Assembly: GCA_024687125.1 (NCBI GenBank)
Contig: JAILFA010000036.1
Span: forward strand, 37,801 to 101,800
Direction: 5' to 3'
Origin: Lachnospiraceae bacterium
Lineage (GTDB): Bacteria > Bacillota > Clostridia > Lachnospirales > Lachnospiraceae
Length of the DNA: 64,000 bases
The notes beneath the pieces were generated by a model. That model ran no database searches, was not told the origin of the DNA, and saw only the letters and a program-made list of their open reading frames with translations. The stretch's first letter is position 1, and every line of letters starts with the position of its first letter. A program made the translations under genes and the position numbers. Shown here piece after piece: positions 1 to 10,657 of the stretch.

Positions 1-28
1 TTTTCAGCCGGATCATCACGCATGCCGC

Positions 29-1114
29 CTACTGCCCCTGAATCTCGATCATGACGTACTCGGACTTCGTGCCGGTCTTGAAATCCATCTGCCAGTTGGA
101 CATACCGGAGGTGACGAGGAACGTCGTGCCGTTCCTGTCTTCGCGGCCGTAATTCAGGTCATCAAGGCCCAGCAGCATCCCCATCCCGTTGAAAGGAAAG
201 AGATACCCGCCGTGCGTGTGTCCGCTGAGAACCAGATCCGCCGCGGTCTTCGATTCGTTTTCAAAATCCGCCGGCTCGTGGTCGATCACGACGATGTATT
301 TGTCCGTGTCCGCTCCTTCAAGGAGCTCCGACAGATCCATACGCTGCCCCGACCAGCCGTCTGCGCGGCCGACAATGCACAGGTCACCGGCATAGGCGAC
401 CTCATCCTCCAGGATGTGCACATTGTTCTTTTCCAGTTCAGCGGCCAGCTGTTCCGCAGAGAAGGCGCGTTTCCTGTAGGTGCCCTTGTCGTGGTTTCCG
501 TAGGCGTACCAGACGCCGTATTTCACATCGATCGTTCCCAGCGCCGCGCAGGCTCTGACGATGTCATCACTCTCCGACCAGTCGTCAATGAAGTCGCCGG
601 CGATCACAACAATGTCAGGATTCTGGGCTTTGATCGTTTCTACATGCTCCGCGAAGCCGTCGCCGTCAAAGGTCGTGCCGACATGGGAATCGGCGAACAT
701 CGCGATCCGCACGGGCTCAACTTTTTTCTGTGTGGAAAGAACATAGTCCGTCCGCCAGACATGATGGCAGAGATAATAGGCCGTGCTCAGATAGATGAGC
801 GAGACCGCGAGCGCGCACCAGCCCTGCCAGCAGATGCGGGGCTCCTTTTTCGTGACACGGAAGATGATCCGGAAGAGGAGACCAAAGAGCAGGAAGAAAG
901 CCAGCACATGCAGAGCGGCGATGGCCGCGCTGACAAAGGACAGTACTCTGCTGATGATCAGGAATACGGCTGCGACCGCTGCAAGAGAAACGAGCGCCCT
1001 CTGCCACCTGTGCGGCAGTCTGCGGATCGCCCCGAACCGGCTGACACAGACGGCGAGATAGACTGCGCCGCCCGCCAGAATGATGCCGACGGCAAAAATG
1101 ATCCTGAACCACAT
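29..1114 (-). CDS. Membrane-anchored metallophosphoesterase (YkuE/calcineurin-like)
   Basis: N-terminal TM helices; motifs DSHVG, GDFID, GNHD, HEP, SGHTHGG. Confidence 0.88.
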   Translation of the reverse strand: MWFRIIFAVGIILAGGAVYLAVCVSRFGAIRRLPHRWQRALVSLAAVAAVFLIISRVLSFVSAAIAALHVLAFFLLFGLLFRIIFRVTKKEPRICWQGWCALAVSLIYLSTAYYLCHHVWRTDYVLSTQKKVEPVRIAMFADSHVGTTFDGDGFAEHVETIKAQNPDIVVIAGDFIDDWSESDDIVRACAALGTIDVKYGVWYAYGNHDKGTYRKRAFSAEQLAAELEKNNVHILEDEVAYAGDLCIVGRADGWSGQRMDLSELLEGADTDKYIVVIDHEPADFENESKTAADLVLSGHTHGGYLFPFNGMGMLLGLDDLNYGREDRNGTTFLVTSGMSNWQMDFKTGTKSEYVMIEIQGQ

Positions 1115-1129
1115 ATCGTACTCCCCCGC

Positions 1130-2827
1130 CTACGATGCGTCCAATCCCTGATAATATGCCTCAAGATGAGGCCTTGCCTTGACATAGCACGGCTCCAGCT
1201 GCTTGTCGAAGTGCCTGCCCATGCCTTCCATGATGATCGCGTCCGCCTTTTCAAAGGACATGCTCTCCTTGTAGACGCGTTTGCTGACCAGTGCGTCATA
1301 GACATCGGCGATCGCCATGATCCGGGCCTCCAGCGGGATCTGCTCCCCTTTGAGTCCCTCCGGATAACCGGAGCCGTCCCAGCGCTCGTGATGATAATGT
1401 GCGACGTTTTCCGCAAGGCGATGGAAATCCGCGTCATCCGTACCGACCAGGATCTCGTGGACGATCCGCGCGCCCTCCGCGGCGTGCTTCTTCATCACCT
1501 CAAACTCCTCCGGCGTGAACTTTCCGGGTTTGCGCAGGATCGTGTCATCGACCGCGATCTTGCCCAGATCATGCATGGGCGCCGCCTTGATCAGGTTCCT
1601 GCAGAACTTGTCGCTGAGCTTAAGCCCCTGTACCTCACCGATCTCCGCGACCAGCATGCGCACGACTTCACTCGTGCGGCGGATATGCCCGCCCGTGGAG
1701 TTGTCTCTGCCGTCCACCATGGCCGCCATCCCGAGGATGAGCCGGTCATGCATATCCTCGATCCGCTCTGTCTTTTCGGCGACCTCTTTTTCCAGCTTCG
1801 CATTGAAGTCGCCCAGCAGTGAGATATACTTCTGATCCTCGGTATCGTCTGTCAGGACCAGCTGATAGCCGCGGCGGTGCCTGCCGCCGAACAGATAGCT
1901 GACCGTCACGAGATAGATCCGCCCGTCATGCTCGTAGTGGAACTGATTGTTCGACCGGTTATCCTCAAACGACCGGATCCATTTGAGCGCGGATTCGCGG
2001 AGCCTCTGTTCATAGGCGATATCCGTATCCACCTTGATCTCCCTGAGCTCCGGGAAGATCTTCTTTGCCCTCTCATTGCTGCCCAGATAGTTCTCACGAA
2101 AGTCAAAGGAGATGAACCCGGTGGTGCCGTTGAACAGCAGGGAATCGACGGCCGTATCGTCGATCATGTAGAGGCTCACACGCTGCGCGATGATCAGGTA
2201 GACCACCTGTGCCAGGCAGTAGGTCAGCGGGGTCAGTTCGAGGTCCTTTCCGGAAAAACGGCTTGCGAAAAAGCCGGCAAAGCAGACCGCTTCCGGCAGG
2301 AACAGCAGTTTGAGGATCAGATTGGAGACATCCGGCTTTTTGAAATAGCAGTACAGCATCACGCAGAGACTGATGAGGAAATAGGTCACGATCATCAGGA
2401 GATAGACGGTATGCATCGGCCCGTAGGTACGGTAGAGCACATACTTTCCGCTCTCCCTGATAAAGCTGTAATCCGAATAATATATGGGAAAAACGCCGAT
2501 CGTAAAGGAAGAAAAGAAGATCAGACTGCTGATGATCATGAGCGCCAGATGGGTCCACCACTTCAGCCGGATATGGCACATGTCCAGGATCGCCAGCAGG
2601 ATGACAGGCGTCAGGAAACAGCCTCCCATGTTGGAGAGCTGGATCGCACTGATCGCCGTGCGCACATCACGCGCGATCGATCCCAGGTAATAAGAAAAGT
2701 TGCAGATCGGGATCAGTACAAAGATCAGCGTAAAAAAGACACTGATGCGCCGGTGCCAGATCCCTGCGTAGATCACGGTCAGGATCATGGAGGCGAAAAA
2801 CAGCCAGCCATAAGGATTTGTGAACAT
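1130..2827 (-). CDS. HD-GYP domain protein with N-terminal multi-TM sensor region (putative c-di-GMP phosphodiesterase)
   Basis: About 7 hydrophobic segments, then MHDLGK, HHERWDGSGYP and ADVYDAL motifs. Confidence 0.85.
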   Translation of the reverse strand: MFTNPYGWLFFASMILTVIYAGIWHRRISVFFTLIFVLIPICNFSYYLGSIARDVRTAISAIQLSNMGGCFLTPVILLAILDMCHIRLKWWTHLALMIISSLIFFSSFTIGVFPIYYSDYSFIRESGKYVLYRTYGPMHTVYLLMIVTYFLISLCVMLYCYFKKPDVSNLILKLLFLPEAVCFAGFFASRFSGKDLELTPLTYCLAQVVYLIIAQRVSLYMIDDTAVDSLLFNGTTGFISFDFRENYLGSNERAKKIFPELREIKVDTDIAYEQRLRESALKWIRSFEDNRSNNQFHYEHDGRIYLVTVSYLFGGRHRRGYQLVLTDDTEDQKYISLLGDFNAKLEKEVAEKTERIEDMHDRLILGMAAMVDGRDNSTGGHIRRTSEVVRMLVAEIGEVQGLKLSDKFCRNLIKAAPMHDLGKIAVDDTILRKPGKFTPEEFEVMKKHAAEGARIVHEILVGTDDADFHRLAENVAHYHHERWDGSGYPEGLKGEQIPLEARIMAIADVYDALVSKRVYKESMSFEKADAIIMEGMGRHFDKQLEPCYVKARPHLEAYYQGLDAS

Positions 2828-2853
2828 TATCCCGCTCTCCTCCTTTCCTTTTT

Positions 2854-5800
2854 CTACAGGAGATCAAACAGGCTGATCTGGTTGGACTCCGGGATCTCTC
2901 CGAGGATCCCGAGACGGCTGAGCGTCTCGACCAGCGTTGCGGAGCACTTCGTCCGGTCGCGGAAATCATCCTTGGACAGGAACGGTCCGTCCTTGACCGC
3001 CTCCTCGATCGCATCGGCGGCCTGCTCTCCCATACCGTTGATCGAATTGATCGCCGGCATGACCATGCCGTCCACGACGGTAAAATGCCGGGCTTTTGCG
3101 CGGAAGATATCCAGCGGAAGGAACTCGATCCCGCGCGCGTACATCTCCTGCACCATCCGCATGTCATACAGCTCGTTCTTCTGCGGCGACGACATGGCGT
3201 CTCCGAGGGCCCTGTAATGCGCCATCGTCTCCTCGAGCACCTTTCTCCCGCGGCACATATGCTCGTAGTCAAAGTGCTTGGAGCGGATGGAAAACCAGGC
3301 GGCATAAAACTCCTGCGGGCGGTGAACCTTGAACCAGGCGATGCGCCAGCACATCATGACATAAGCCGCCGCGTGCGCCTTGGGGAACATGTACTTGATC
3401 TTTTTGCACGACCAGATGTACCAGTCCGGCACCTCGGCCGCCCTCATGGCTTCCTCCATCTCAGGCTTTAACCCCTTGCCCTTGCGGACGGATTCCATGA
3501 TCTTAAAGGAAAGCGACTGATCGATCCCCTTCTGGATCAGATAGATCATGATGTCATCACGGGTACAGATCGCCGTGTCGATCGTGGCCTTGCCCTCCTG
3601 GATCAGCGTCTGCGCGTTGCCGCTCCAGACATCGGTACCGTGTGAGAGGCCGGAGATCCGGACCAGATGGGAAAAGGTTGTGGGCTTGGCTTCTACGACC
3701 ATCTGCATTGCGAAATCGGTGCCGAACTCAGGCAGTCCGAGACAGCCCAGCTTGGTCCCGCTGATATCCTCGGGACGGATCCCCAGCGGCTCCGTGGAGG
3801 CGAACAGTTTCATGACCTCGGGATCATCGAGCGGCACCTTTGTCGGATCGATGCCGGTCTGATCCTGCAGATAGCGCACCATCGTGGGATCATCATGTCC
3901 CAGGATGTCGAGCTTGAGCAGGTTGTGGTCGATCGAATGATAATCGTAGTGCGTCGTGATGATCGGCACATCCATCTTGTTGGCGGGGTGCTGCACCGGG
4001 GTAAAGGTGTCAATCTCCTCGCCCCTGGGGAGCACGATGATGCCGCCGGGATGCTGACCGGTATTGGTCTTGATCCCGATGAGCTTCTGCAGCTGCCGGT
4101 TGATCTCGCACTTGCGCTTCGGCAGGCCGCGCTCCTCGTAGAAGTTCTTGACATAGCCGTAGGCGTTCTTGTCCGCGAGGCCCGAGATCGTACCGGCCCG
4201 GAAAGTCTGGCCGTAGCCGAAGATGACCTCCGTGTACTTGTGCGCCTTGCTCTGATACTCTCCGGAAAAGTTCAGGTCGATATCCGGCTCCTTGTCGCCG
4301 TTGAACCCCAGAAAGGTCTCGAAGGGGATGTCAAAGCCGTCCTTGTTCAGTTTTTCACCGCACACCGGGCAGACCTTGTCCGGCATGTCGCAGCCGGAGT
4401 TGCCGCCGTAGGATCTGACCTCTTCGGAATCAAAGTCGCTGTAGTGACACTTCGGACAGACATAGTGCGGCTGCAGGGAATTGACCTCGGTGATCCCGGC
4501 CGTAAATGCCACAAACGAAGAGCCGACCGATCCGCGGGAACCGACCAGATAGCCGTCCTCCACGGATTTCCAGACGAGCTTCTGCGCGATGATATACATG
4601 ACAGCAAAGCCGTTTGAGATGATCGAATTGAGTTCCCTCTCGAGGCGTTCCGCAACCACCGGCGGCAGTTCCTCGCCGTAGATCTCATGCGCCTTGTCGT
4701 AGCAGATCCGGCGCAGCGTCTCATCGCTGTTTTCGATGACCGGCGCGCACTTGTCGGGACGGACCGGTGAGATGCTGTCGCACATGGCCAGGATCCGGCG
4801 GGGATTCTCGATCACGATCTCGCGCGCAGTCTCGGGATCCAGATACGAGAACTCATCCAGCATCTCGTCCGTTGTCCTCAGGAACAGAGGCGCCGGCTCC
4901 TCGGAATCCATCGCTTTCCCGCTCATGATGATGGTCCGGTAGATCTCGTCCTCCGGATCGAGGAAGTGCACGTCGCAGGTCGCGACGACAGGTTTCCTGA
5001 ACGTCCGTCCGAGTTCCAGGACCCGTCGGTTGATATCGCGGATGTCCTCCTCGGAGGTGATGTTCTCATAGCGGCGTTCATCGGCGATCATGAAGCGGTT
5101 GTTGCCGATGGGCTGGACCTCGAGATAATCGTAGTAGCGCACGATCCTGGAGATCTCCTCCTCGGACCGGTCTTCCACGAGTGCCTCATAGAGCTCGCCC
5201 AGACAGCACGCGCTGCCGAGGATCAGTCCCTCACGGTGTTTTTCTACTTCGCTCTTGGGGATCAGCGGATGTTTCCTGAAATATTCTACATGGGATTTGC
5301 TGATCAGCCGATAGAGGTTGGAGCGTCCCACGGTGTTCTTGGCCAGGATGATCGCATGATGCGGATGCAGGCTTCGGATGGCTTCCACACCCGGCCTGGT
5401 CATGTCAGCCACATCCGTCACTGTACGGGCGTTCTCCTTCTGCAGCATGGCCAGGAATTTCAGAAAGATCCCCGCCGTGCACTCGGCGTCGTTGACGGCG
5501 CGGTGATGCCCGTCCAGGCTCACGCCGAGCGTCTTGGCGACAGCATCGAGCGTGTGCTTTTTCTGGAGCGGATAGTAGTGTCTGGAGAGACCCACGGTGT
5601 CGATCGTCGTATAGTCCGCGGGATACCCTAGATTTCTGCAGTTCTGGTTGATAAAGCCGATGTCAAACGCGACATTGTGTCCCACGAGCACCGCCCCTTC
5701 GATAAAGGAGAGGAACTCCGGCAGGATCTTATCGATCGTCCCGGCGCCGCGCACCATATCATCACTGATATGCGTGATGTCCTCGATCCTCGCGGGGATC

Positions 5801-7392
5801 GGGATCTGCGGGTCGACAAACGTCGAGAACCGGTCCGTGATCTCTCCTCCGCGGACCTTGACCGCACCGATCTCGATGATCCTGTCCCGCGCGGCAGAGA
5901 AACCGGTGGTCTCGAGGTCAAATACGACAAAGGTGCTGTTCTCCAGATCCTGTTCCTTGCCGTTCCCGACGACCAGTTTCAGGTCATCCACCAGATAAGC
6001 TTCCACACCGAGGACGACCTTGAAGAAGTCCTGGCGGTCCAGCGGAGGCTCACCGGCCTCTTTCCGCTTGTCACCGGCCTTTTCAAAGAGCTTGTCCCAC
6101 GCATGGCCTGCCTCGGTGAGTGCCTGCACAACGCCGTGATCGGTGATCGCGATCCCGGGCATGCCCCACTCGCAGGCTCGTTTTACAAGGCTTCCTACCT
6201 CGGAGACACCGTCCATCTCACTCATCTTGGAGTGACAGTGGAGCTCTACACGCTTTACTTCGGCGGTATCCTTTCTCTTTTCGCGGAAGGGCGGGATCTT
6301 TTTTACTGCGTTGATCGATGCCAGACCCAGCTCATGGTCGAAGCGGTCAAACAGCGGAATGCCCTTCATCTTGAGGAACGCGCCGATCTTTAACTCTCCC
6401 TTGATCTCCTCCCACTGCGCGGGCGAAAAGAAGAGTTTTCCGGTGATCGTATCGGTATCGTCCGTGATATCAAAGATCGCCAGGATCTTTTCGGACTTGG
6501 TCTCTCTCGTATCCAGCCGGATGATCTCGCCGCGCACGCATGTCTCGCCGCCCTCGCCTTCGATATCGCGGATCGGCATCGCTTCGTCGTCGAAATCCCT
6601 GCCCATGAGGACATCCGGATTGGAGGAACGCGAAAGTTTCCCGTCCCTGCCCTTTTTGCCGCGCGAAAAACCGGTATAGCCTCCGCCGGAACCGCCTGCG
6701 GCCTTTTCGGAGACTTTTTCCGCGGGTTCCGGAGCGGGCGCTGCTGCCGGCTCCTGCGGTTCATCCGGAAACTCGGGATCCTCCGTTATCACATTCTCAG
6801 TTTCCTCAGGCTCATCGTCAGCGACTGCCCCCGTGTCCGTGCCGCCGTAGAGGTGTCTTGTGGCCGCGGAACCGCGCGTCTTTTTCTTTTTCGGGACATA
6901 ATCGATCGTCACCTGCACGGAAAAACCGGCCCGCTCGTTGAACACCTTTTCGAGGATCCGGACAATCTCCTCGGCGTGGTCCTCGGCGATGATGGACTCC
7001 TCGAGTTCGAGGGTCACCTCGTTTTCGGCCGGAAACCGGAACTCGCCGGCCTTGACCAGCGCGTAGATCACGGGATGATAGGTGGAAAGCTCGCTGTACA
7101 GACTGTCCCTGTAGTTTTCAAGAAAGAGCTCCGGCGTATACTGAAGCGACAGCTGAAACCTCTCAAAGATCCGCACGGTCAGGTCGACATCCGAGAACAG
7201 CTGCGCCTTGATCCTGCGCTCGAGGCGATGCACGTCCTTCTTGTCGATGAGCCGTCTGCTGGCCAGATAGATGTGCAGGAAATCCTTGCGTCTGGTCGTG
7301 GATACGCGCAGGACCTCGGTGTCCGAAAACAGGCCGGACTCATCGCCCGTAAGCTTCAGATTGGGAAAAACTTCCGCGAGTGTTTTAGGCAT
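2854..7392 (-). CDS. polC: DNA polymerase III PolC-type
   Basis: PHP motif ELHCHSKMS, exonuclease FDLETTG, GSRGSVGSS, PDIDLNFSG, YMFPKAHAAAY. Start moved to the ATG at 7392, which overlaps the ispG stop. Confidence 0.96.
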   Translation of the reverse strand: MPKTLAEVFPNLKLTGDESGLFSDTEVLRVSTTRRKDFLHIYLASRRLIDKKDVHRLERRIKAQLFSDVDLTVRIFERFQLSLQYTPELFLENYRDSLYSELSTYHPVIYALVKAGEFRFPAENEVTLELEESIIAEDHAEEIVRILEKVFNERAGFSVQVTIDYVPKKKKTRGSAATRHLYGGTDTGAVADDEPEETENVITEDPEFPDEPQEPAAAPAPEPAEKVSEKAAGGSGGGYTGFSRGKKGRDGKLSRSSNPDVLMGRDFDDEAMPIRDIEGEGGETCVRGEIIRLDTRETKSEKILAIFDITDDTDTITGKLFFSPAQWEEIKGELKIGAFLKMKGIPLFDRFDHELGLASINAVKKIPPFREKRKDTAEVKRVELHCHSKMSEMDGVSEVGSLVKRACEWGMPGIAITDHGVVQALTEAGHAWDKLFEKAGDKRKEAGEPPLDRQDFFKVVLGVEAYLVDDLKLVVGNGKEQDLENSTFVVFDLETTGFSAARDRIIEIGAVKVRGGEITDRFSTFVDPQIPIPARIEDITHISDDMVRGAGTIDKILPEFLSFIEGAVLVGHNVAFDIGFINQNCRNLGYPADYTTIDTVGLSRHYYPLQKKHTLDAVAKTLGVSLDGHHRAVNDAECTAGIFLKFLAMLQKENARTVTDVADMTRPGVEAIRSLHPHHAIILAKNTVGRSNLYRLISKSHVEYFRKHPLIPKSEVEKHREGLILGSACCLGELYEALVEDRSEEEISRIVRYYDYLEVQPIGNNRFMIADERRYENITSEEDIRDINRRVLELGRTFRKPVVATCDVHFLDPEDEIYRTIIMSGKAMDSEEPAPLFLRTTDEMLDEFSYLDPETAREIVIENPRRILAMCDSISPVRPDKCAPVIENSDETLRRICYDKAHEIYGEELPPVVAERLERELNSIISNGFAVMYIIAQKLVWKSVEDGYLVGSRGSVGSSFVAFTAGITEVNSLQPHYVCPKCHYSDFDSEEVRSYGGNSGCDMPDKVCPVCGEKLNKDGFDIPFETFLGFNGDKEPDIDLNFSGEYQSKAHKYTEVIFGYGQTFRAGTISGLADKNAYGYVKNFYEERGLPKRKCEINRQLQKLIGIKTNTGQHPGGIIVLPRGEEIDTFTPVQHPANKMDVPIITTHYDYHSIDHNLLKLDILGHDDPTMVRYLQDQTGIDPTKVPLDDPEVMKLFASTEPLGIRPEDISGTKLGCLGLPEFGTDFAMQMVVEAKPTTFSHLVRISGLSHGTDVWSGNAQTLIQEGKATIDTAICTRDDIMIYLIQKGIDQSLSFKIMESVRKGKGLKPEMEEAMRAAEVPDWYIWSCKKIKYMFPKAHAAAYVMMCWRIAWFKVHRPQEFYAAWFSIRSKHFDYEHMCRGRKVLEETMAHYRALGDAMSSPQKNELYDMRMVQEMYARGIEFLPLDIFRAKARHFTVVDGMVMPAINSINGMGEQAADAIEEAVKDGPFLSKDDFRDRTKCSATLVETLSRLGILGEIPESNQISLFDLL

Positions 7393-8443
7393 TCCAGTTC
7401 TCCAATTCTCTGCGGAGCGCCGGGAGCAGCTCGGATTCCGGCATCTTGCGCAGGATCTCACCCTTACGGATGAGCAGTCCTTCACCGTCTCCGCCGGCGA
7501 TGCCGATATCCGCCTCCCGGGCTTCCCCGGGGCCGTTGACCGCGCATCCCATCACTGCTACCCGGATAGGCAGGTCGAACTCCTGCGCCATTTTTTCTAC
7601 TTCACCGGCAAGGCGCGGCAGATCGATCTTCGTTCTCCCGCAGGTCGGGCACGAGATGACCTCGATCCCCTCCCGGCGAAGGCCCATGGCTCTGAGCAGG
7701 ATCTTTGCACTCACGATCTCGTTGACAGGGTCTCCTGTCAGCGAAACGCGGACCGTATCCCCGAGGCCGTCATTTAACAGGATCCCAAGGCCGGCCGCTG
7801 ATTTGATGTTGCCGGAGAGGATCGTCCCCGCCTCAGTGATGCCGATATGCAGCGGGTGATCCGTCTTTTCTGCAAGCAGCCTGTGCGCGCGCGTCGAAAA
7901 TCCGATGTTCGAGGATTTGATGCTGACGACAAGATTGTCATAGCCCATATCCTCGATCATGCGGACCTTGTCCAGAGCACTCTCCACAAGTCCCTCGGGC
8001 GTGACGCCTCCGTATTTTTCTACAAGCTCCCGCTCCAGGGATCCGCCGTTCACACCGACACGGATCGGGATATTCCGTTCCCTGGCGGCGTCGACAACGG
8101 CTTTGACGCGATCCCTGCCCCCGATGTTCCCGGGGTTGATGCGGATCTTGTCCGCGCCGTGCTCAATGGCGGCGATCGCCATCTTATAGTCAAAATGGAT
8201 ATCCGCGACGAGCGGGATGTGGATTTGCTTCCTGATCTGTGTCAGCGCCTCTGCCGCCTCCATGTCCGGAACCGTCGCGCGCACGATCTCACATCCCGCC
8301 TTTTCGAGGGCAAGGATCTGCGCGACACAGGCGTTCACATCCTGCGTGGGGACATTGGTCATGGACTGGATCCGGATGGGGTTGCCCGCGCCGATAGTCA
8401 GATCGCCGATCTGTACGGACCGTGTATGCTCTCTGGTAGTCAC
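7385..8443 (-). CDS. ispG: 4-hydroxy-3-methylbut-2-en-1-yl diphosphate synthase
   Basis: IQSMTN, ADIHF, RINPGN, SCPTCGR, MGCAVNGPGEA. Confidence 0.96.
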   Translation of the reverse strand: MTTREHTRSVQIGDLTIGAGNPIRIQSMTNVPTQDVNACVAQILALEKAGCEIVRATVPDMEAAEALTQIRKQIHIPLVADIHFDYKMAIAAIEHGADKIRINPGNIGGRDRVKAVVDAARERNIPIRVGVNGGSLERELVEKYGGVTPEGLVESALDKVRMIEDMGYDNLVVSIKSSNIGFSTRAHRLLAEKTDHPLHIGITEAGTILSGNIKSAAGLGILLNDGLGDTVRVSLTGDPVNEIVSAKILLRAMGLRREGIEVISCPTCGRTKIDLPRLAGEVEKMAQEFDLPIRVAVMGCAVNGPGEAREADIGIAGGDGEGLLIRKGEILRKMPESELLPALRRELENWNA

Positions 8444-8462
8444 AGCGTTTCCTCCCGGTTTA

Positions 8463-9512
8463 TTACAGAAATCTTCCGATATCGTTGAACAGGACGACGA
8501 CCATCAGTACGATCAGCGCGATCGCTCCTGCCAGATGTACATAGCCTTCTTTTTCCGCGGGAACCGGTTTTCCGCGGATGAGCTCGATCAGGGCAAACAG
8601 CAGCCGGCCGCCGTCGATCGAGGGCAGCGGGAGCAGGTTCATGACACCGAGGTTCACCGACAGCAGCACCGCCAGATCCAGCATCGTCAGAACCACGGCC
8701 GGAAGTCCGTAAGGCTTTACTTCCTCATAGGTCTGGTCGACCACTTTGACCATTCCCACCGGACCGTAGACATTATTGAGATTCAGTTCCCCGCGCACGA
8801 GCATCTTAACGCTCGTGACAGAGATATCGAGGTAGTATTTCTCCGTGTACCAGGCGTAGGGGATGAGTTTGAAGCCGCTGATACTCCCGGTCTCACCGAC
8901 ATAGAGGCCCATGTAGTAGCGGTTCTCCTCCGGACTGAATCTGGGCGTGAACCGGATCGTCAGTTCCTCGTTTCCCCGCTCGACAAGCAGTTCGATCTCC
9001 TCACCCTTGTTGAGCTGGGACAGGAGCGTGACCTCGCCCGCCATGTGGATGCTGCGTCCGTTCATTTTGAGGATCCTGTCACCCTCCTGCATGCCGGCTT
9101 CGGCGGCCGCGGAATCCTCGGGGAACCCGGATACAACCGGATAGTTCCACGGGGAAAAGGCCGTAATGATGAGCGCGAGGACAAAGGCCAGCAGGAAATT
9201 GAAAAAGGGACCGGCCAGGATCGTCGCGATCCGCGCCCAGACGCTCGCATTGCGAAAGCTGTGCTCGTCGTTGATCATCTCCTCTTCATCCTCGCCCGCC
9301 ATGCCTTCAAAGATGCAGGCGCCGCCGATGGGGAGGATACGCAGGGCAAATACAGTGTCGCCCTTCTTTTTCTTGATGATGGCCGGACCCATGCCGACGG
9401 TAAACTCAGACACCCGGATCCCGCTCATGCGCGCGATCAGATAATGCCCGCCTTCGTGGGCAATGATCAGCATGCTGATGATGAGTAAAAAGATGATGAT
9501 ACTGAAGATCAT
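8463..9512 (-). CDS. rseP: RIP metalloprotease RseP
   Basis: HEGGH zinc motif, PDZ region, NLLPLPSIDGG; conserved position after dxr. Confidence 0.93.
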   Translation of the reverse strand: MIFSIIIFLLIISMLIIAHEGGHYLIARMSGIRVSEFTVGMGPAIIKKKKGDTVFALRILPIGGACIFEGMAGEDEEEMINDEHSFRNASVWARIATILAGPFFNFLLAFVLALIITAFSPWNYPVVSGFPEDSAAAEAGMQEGDRILKMNGRSIHMAGEVTLLSQLNKGEEIELLVERGNEELTIRFTPRFSPEENRYYMGLYVGETGSISGFKLIPYAWYTEKYYLDISVTSVKMLVRGELNLNNVYGPVGMVKVVDQTYEEVKPYGLPAVVLTMLDLAVLLSVNLGVMNLLPLPSIDGGRLLFALIELIRGKPVPAEKEGYVHLAGAIALIVLMVVVLFNDIGRFL

Positions 9513-10657
9513 GCTTTCAGATCTCTCCTGACTGCTTCTTCTGTTTCCTGCTGTACCTGCAGGATCTCGCTGACATCCGGGTTTTCACGCAGCGTATGCT
9601 GCTGCATGGCTTTCTCGATCCCGTCGGTGATATCCGTAAATCCGATCCTGCGTTCAAGAAACGCCCGCACGAGAACCTCATTGGAGGCGTTAAAGACAGT
9701 GGGAAGACTCCCGCCGGTTCTTGCGGCTGTGAGCGCGAGTCCCAGCCCCGGAAAATTCTCCATATCCGGTGCTTCCCAGGTGATCTTTCCGAGTTTTGCA
9801 AAATCAAGTCTTGGCGTGGCGCTCTCCCGTCTGTCCGGATAAAAGAGAGCGACCTCGATGGGCAGCTTCATCGTCGGGACAGAGAGCTGCGCGATCACGC
9901 TGCCGTCGACAAACTGTACCATGGAGTGGACAATGCTCTCGGGCTGCACGACGACCTCGATCCTGTCGACCGTAACATCAAACAGCCAGCGGGCTTCCAT
10001 GACTTCAAGCCCTTTGTTGACAAGGCTCGCGGAATCGATCGTCACCTTGCTCCCCATCTGCCAGTTCGGATGCCTGAGGGCGTCCTCGGGGCGCATATGG
10101 ATCAGTTCCTCTCTCTTTTTCCCGCGGAACGGCCCGCCGGAGGCAGTGAGCAGAATTTTTTCCAGACGCCGCGGCGTTCCGGCAAGACACTGCCAGATCG
10201 CGCTGTGCTCGCTGTCTACCGGCAGGATCTGTACGCCCTTTTCCCTGGCCAGCGGCATGATAATATGCCCGGCACAGACCAGTGTCTCCTTGTTGGCGAG
10301 AGCGATATCCTTGCCGCTCTCGATCGCGGCGATCGTCGGCCGGATGCCGATCATGCCCACCACAGCGGTGAGGACGATATCCGCTTCCGGCATCGAAGCG
10401 ATCTCGATCAGACCGTCCATTCCGGCGAGTACGCGCACGTCAAGATCCGCGACGCGTACCTTAAGATCCTCCGCGGCGCCGCTGTCATACATACAGACAA
10501 GCCGCGGACGGTACTGCCGGATCTGTTCCTCCATCAGGGTGACGTTTTTATCGGCGGCAAGAGCCGCCACAGAGAGCTCCTCCCTGTGCTCCGATACGAC
10601 CTCGAGCGTCTGTGTCCCGATGGAGCCGGTGGAGCCGAGCAGTGCGATCCTTTTCAT
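9509..10657 (-). CDS. dxr: 1-deoxy-D-xylulose-5-phosphate reductoisomerase
   Basis: LGSTGSIG, LANKE, PVDSEHSA, HPNWQMG. Confidence 0.97.
   Translation of the reverse strand: MKRIALLGSTGSIGTQTLEVVSEHREELSVAALAADKNVTLMEEQIRQYRPRLVCMYDSGAAEDLKVRVADLDVRVLAGMDGLIEIASMPEADIVLTAVVGMIGIRPTIAAIESGKDIALANKETLVCAGHIIMPLAREKGVQILPVDSEHSAIWQCLAGTPRRLEKILLTASGGPFRGKKREELIHMRPEDALRHPNWQMGSKVTIDSASLVNKGLEVMEARWLFDVTVDRIEVVVQPESIVHSMVQFVDGSVIAQLSVPTMKLPIEVALFYPDRRESATPRLDFAKLGKITWEAPDMENFPGLGLALTAARTGGSLPTVFNASNEVLVRAFLERRIGFTDITDGIEKAMQQHTLRENPDVSEILQVQQETEEAVRRDLKA

Noticed and set aside
5755-5772. CATATCA-TCAC-TGATATG in polC as a motif copy
   Set aside because: The spacer is 4 nt rather than 2 and the flanks are GC-rich; not counted.
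6600-6900. Possible intein or insertion in polC
   Set aside because: It is a low-complexity acidic/Pro linker with no intein splice motifs or homing endonuclease; overall length is normal for PolC.
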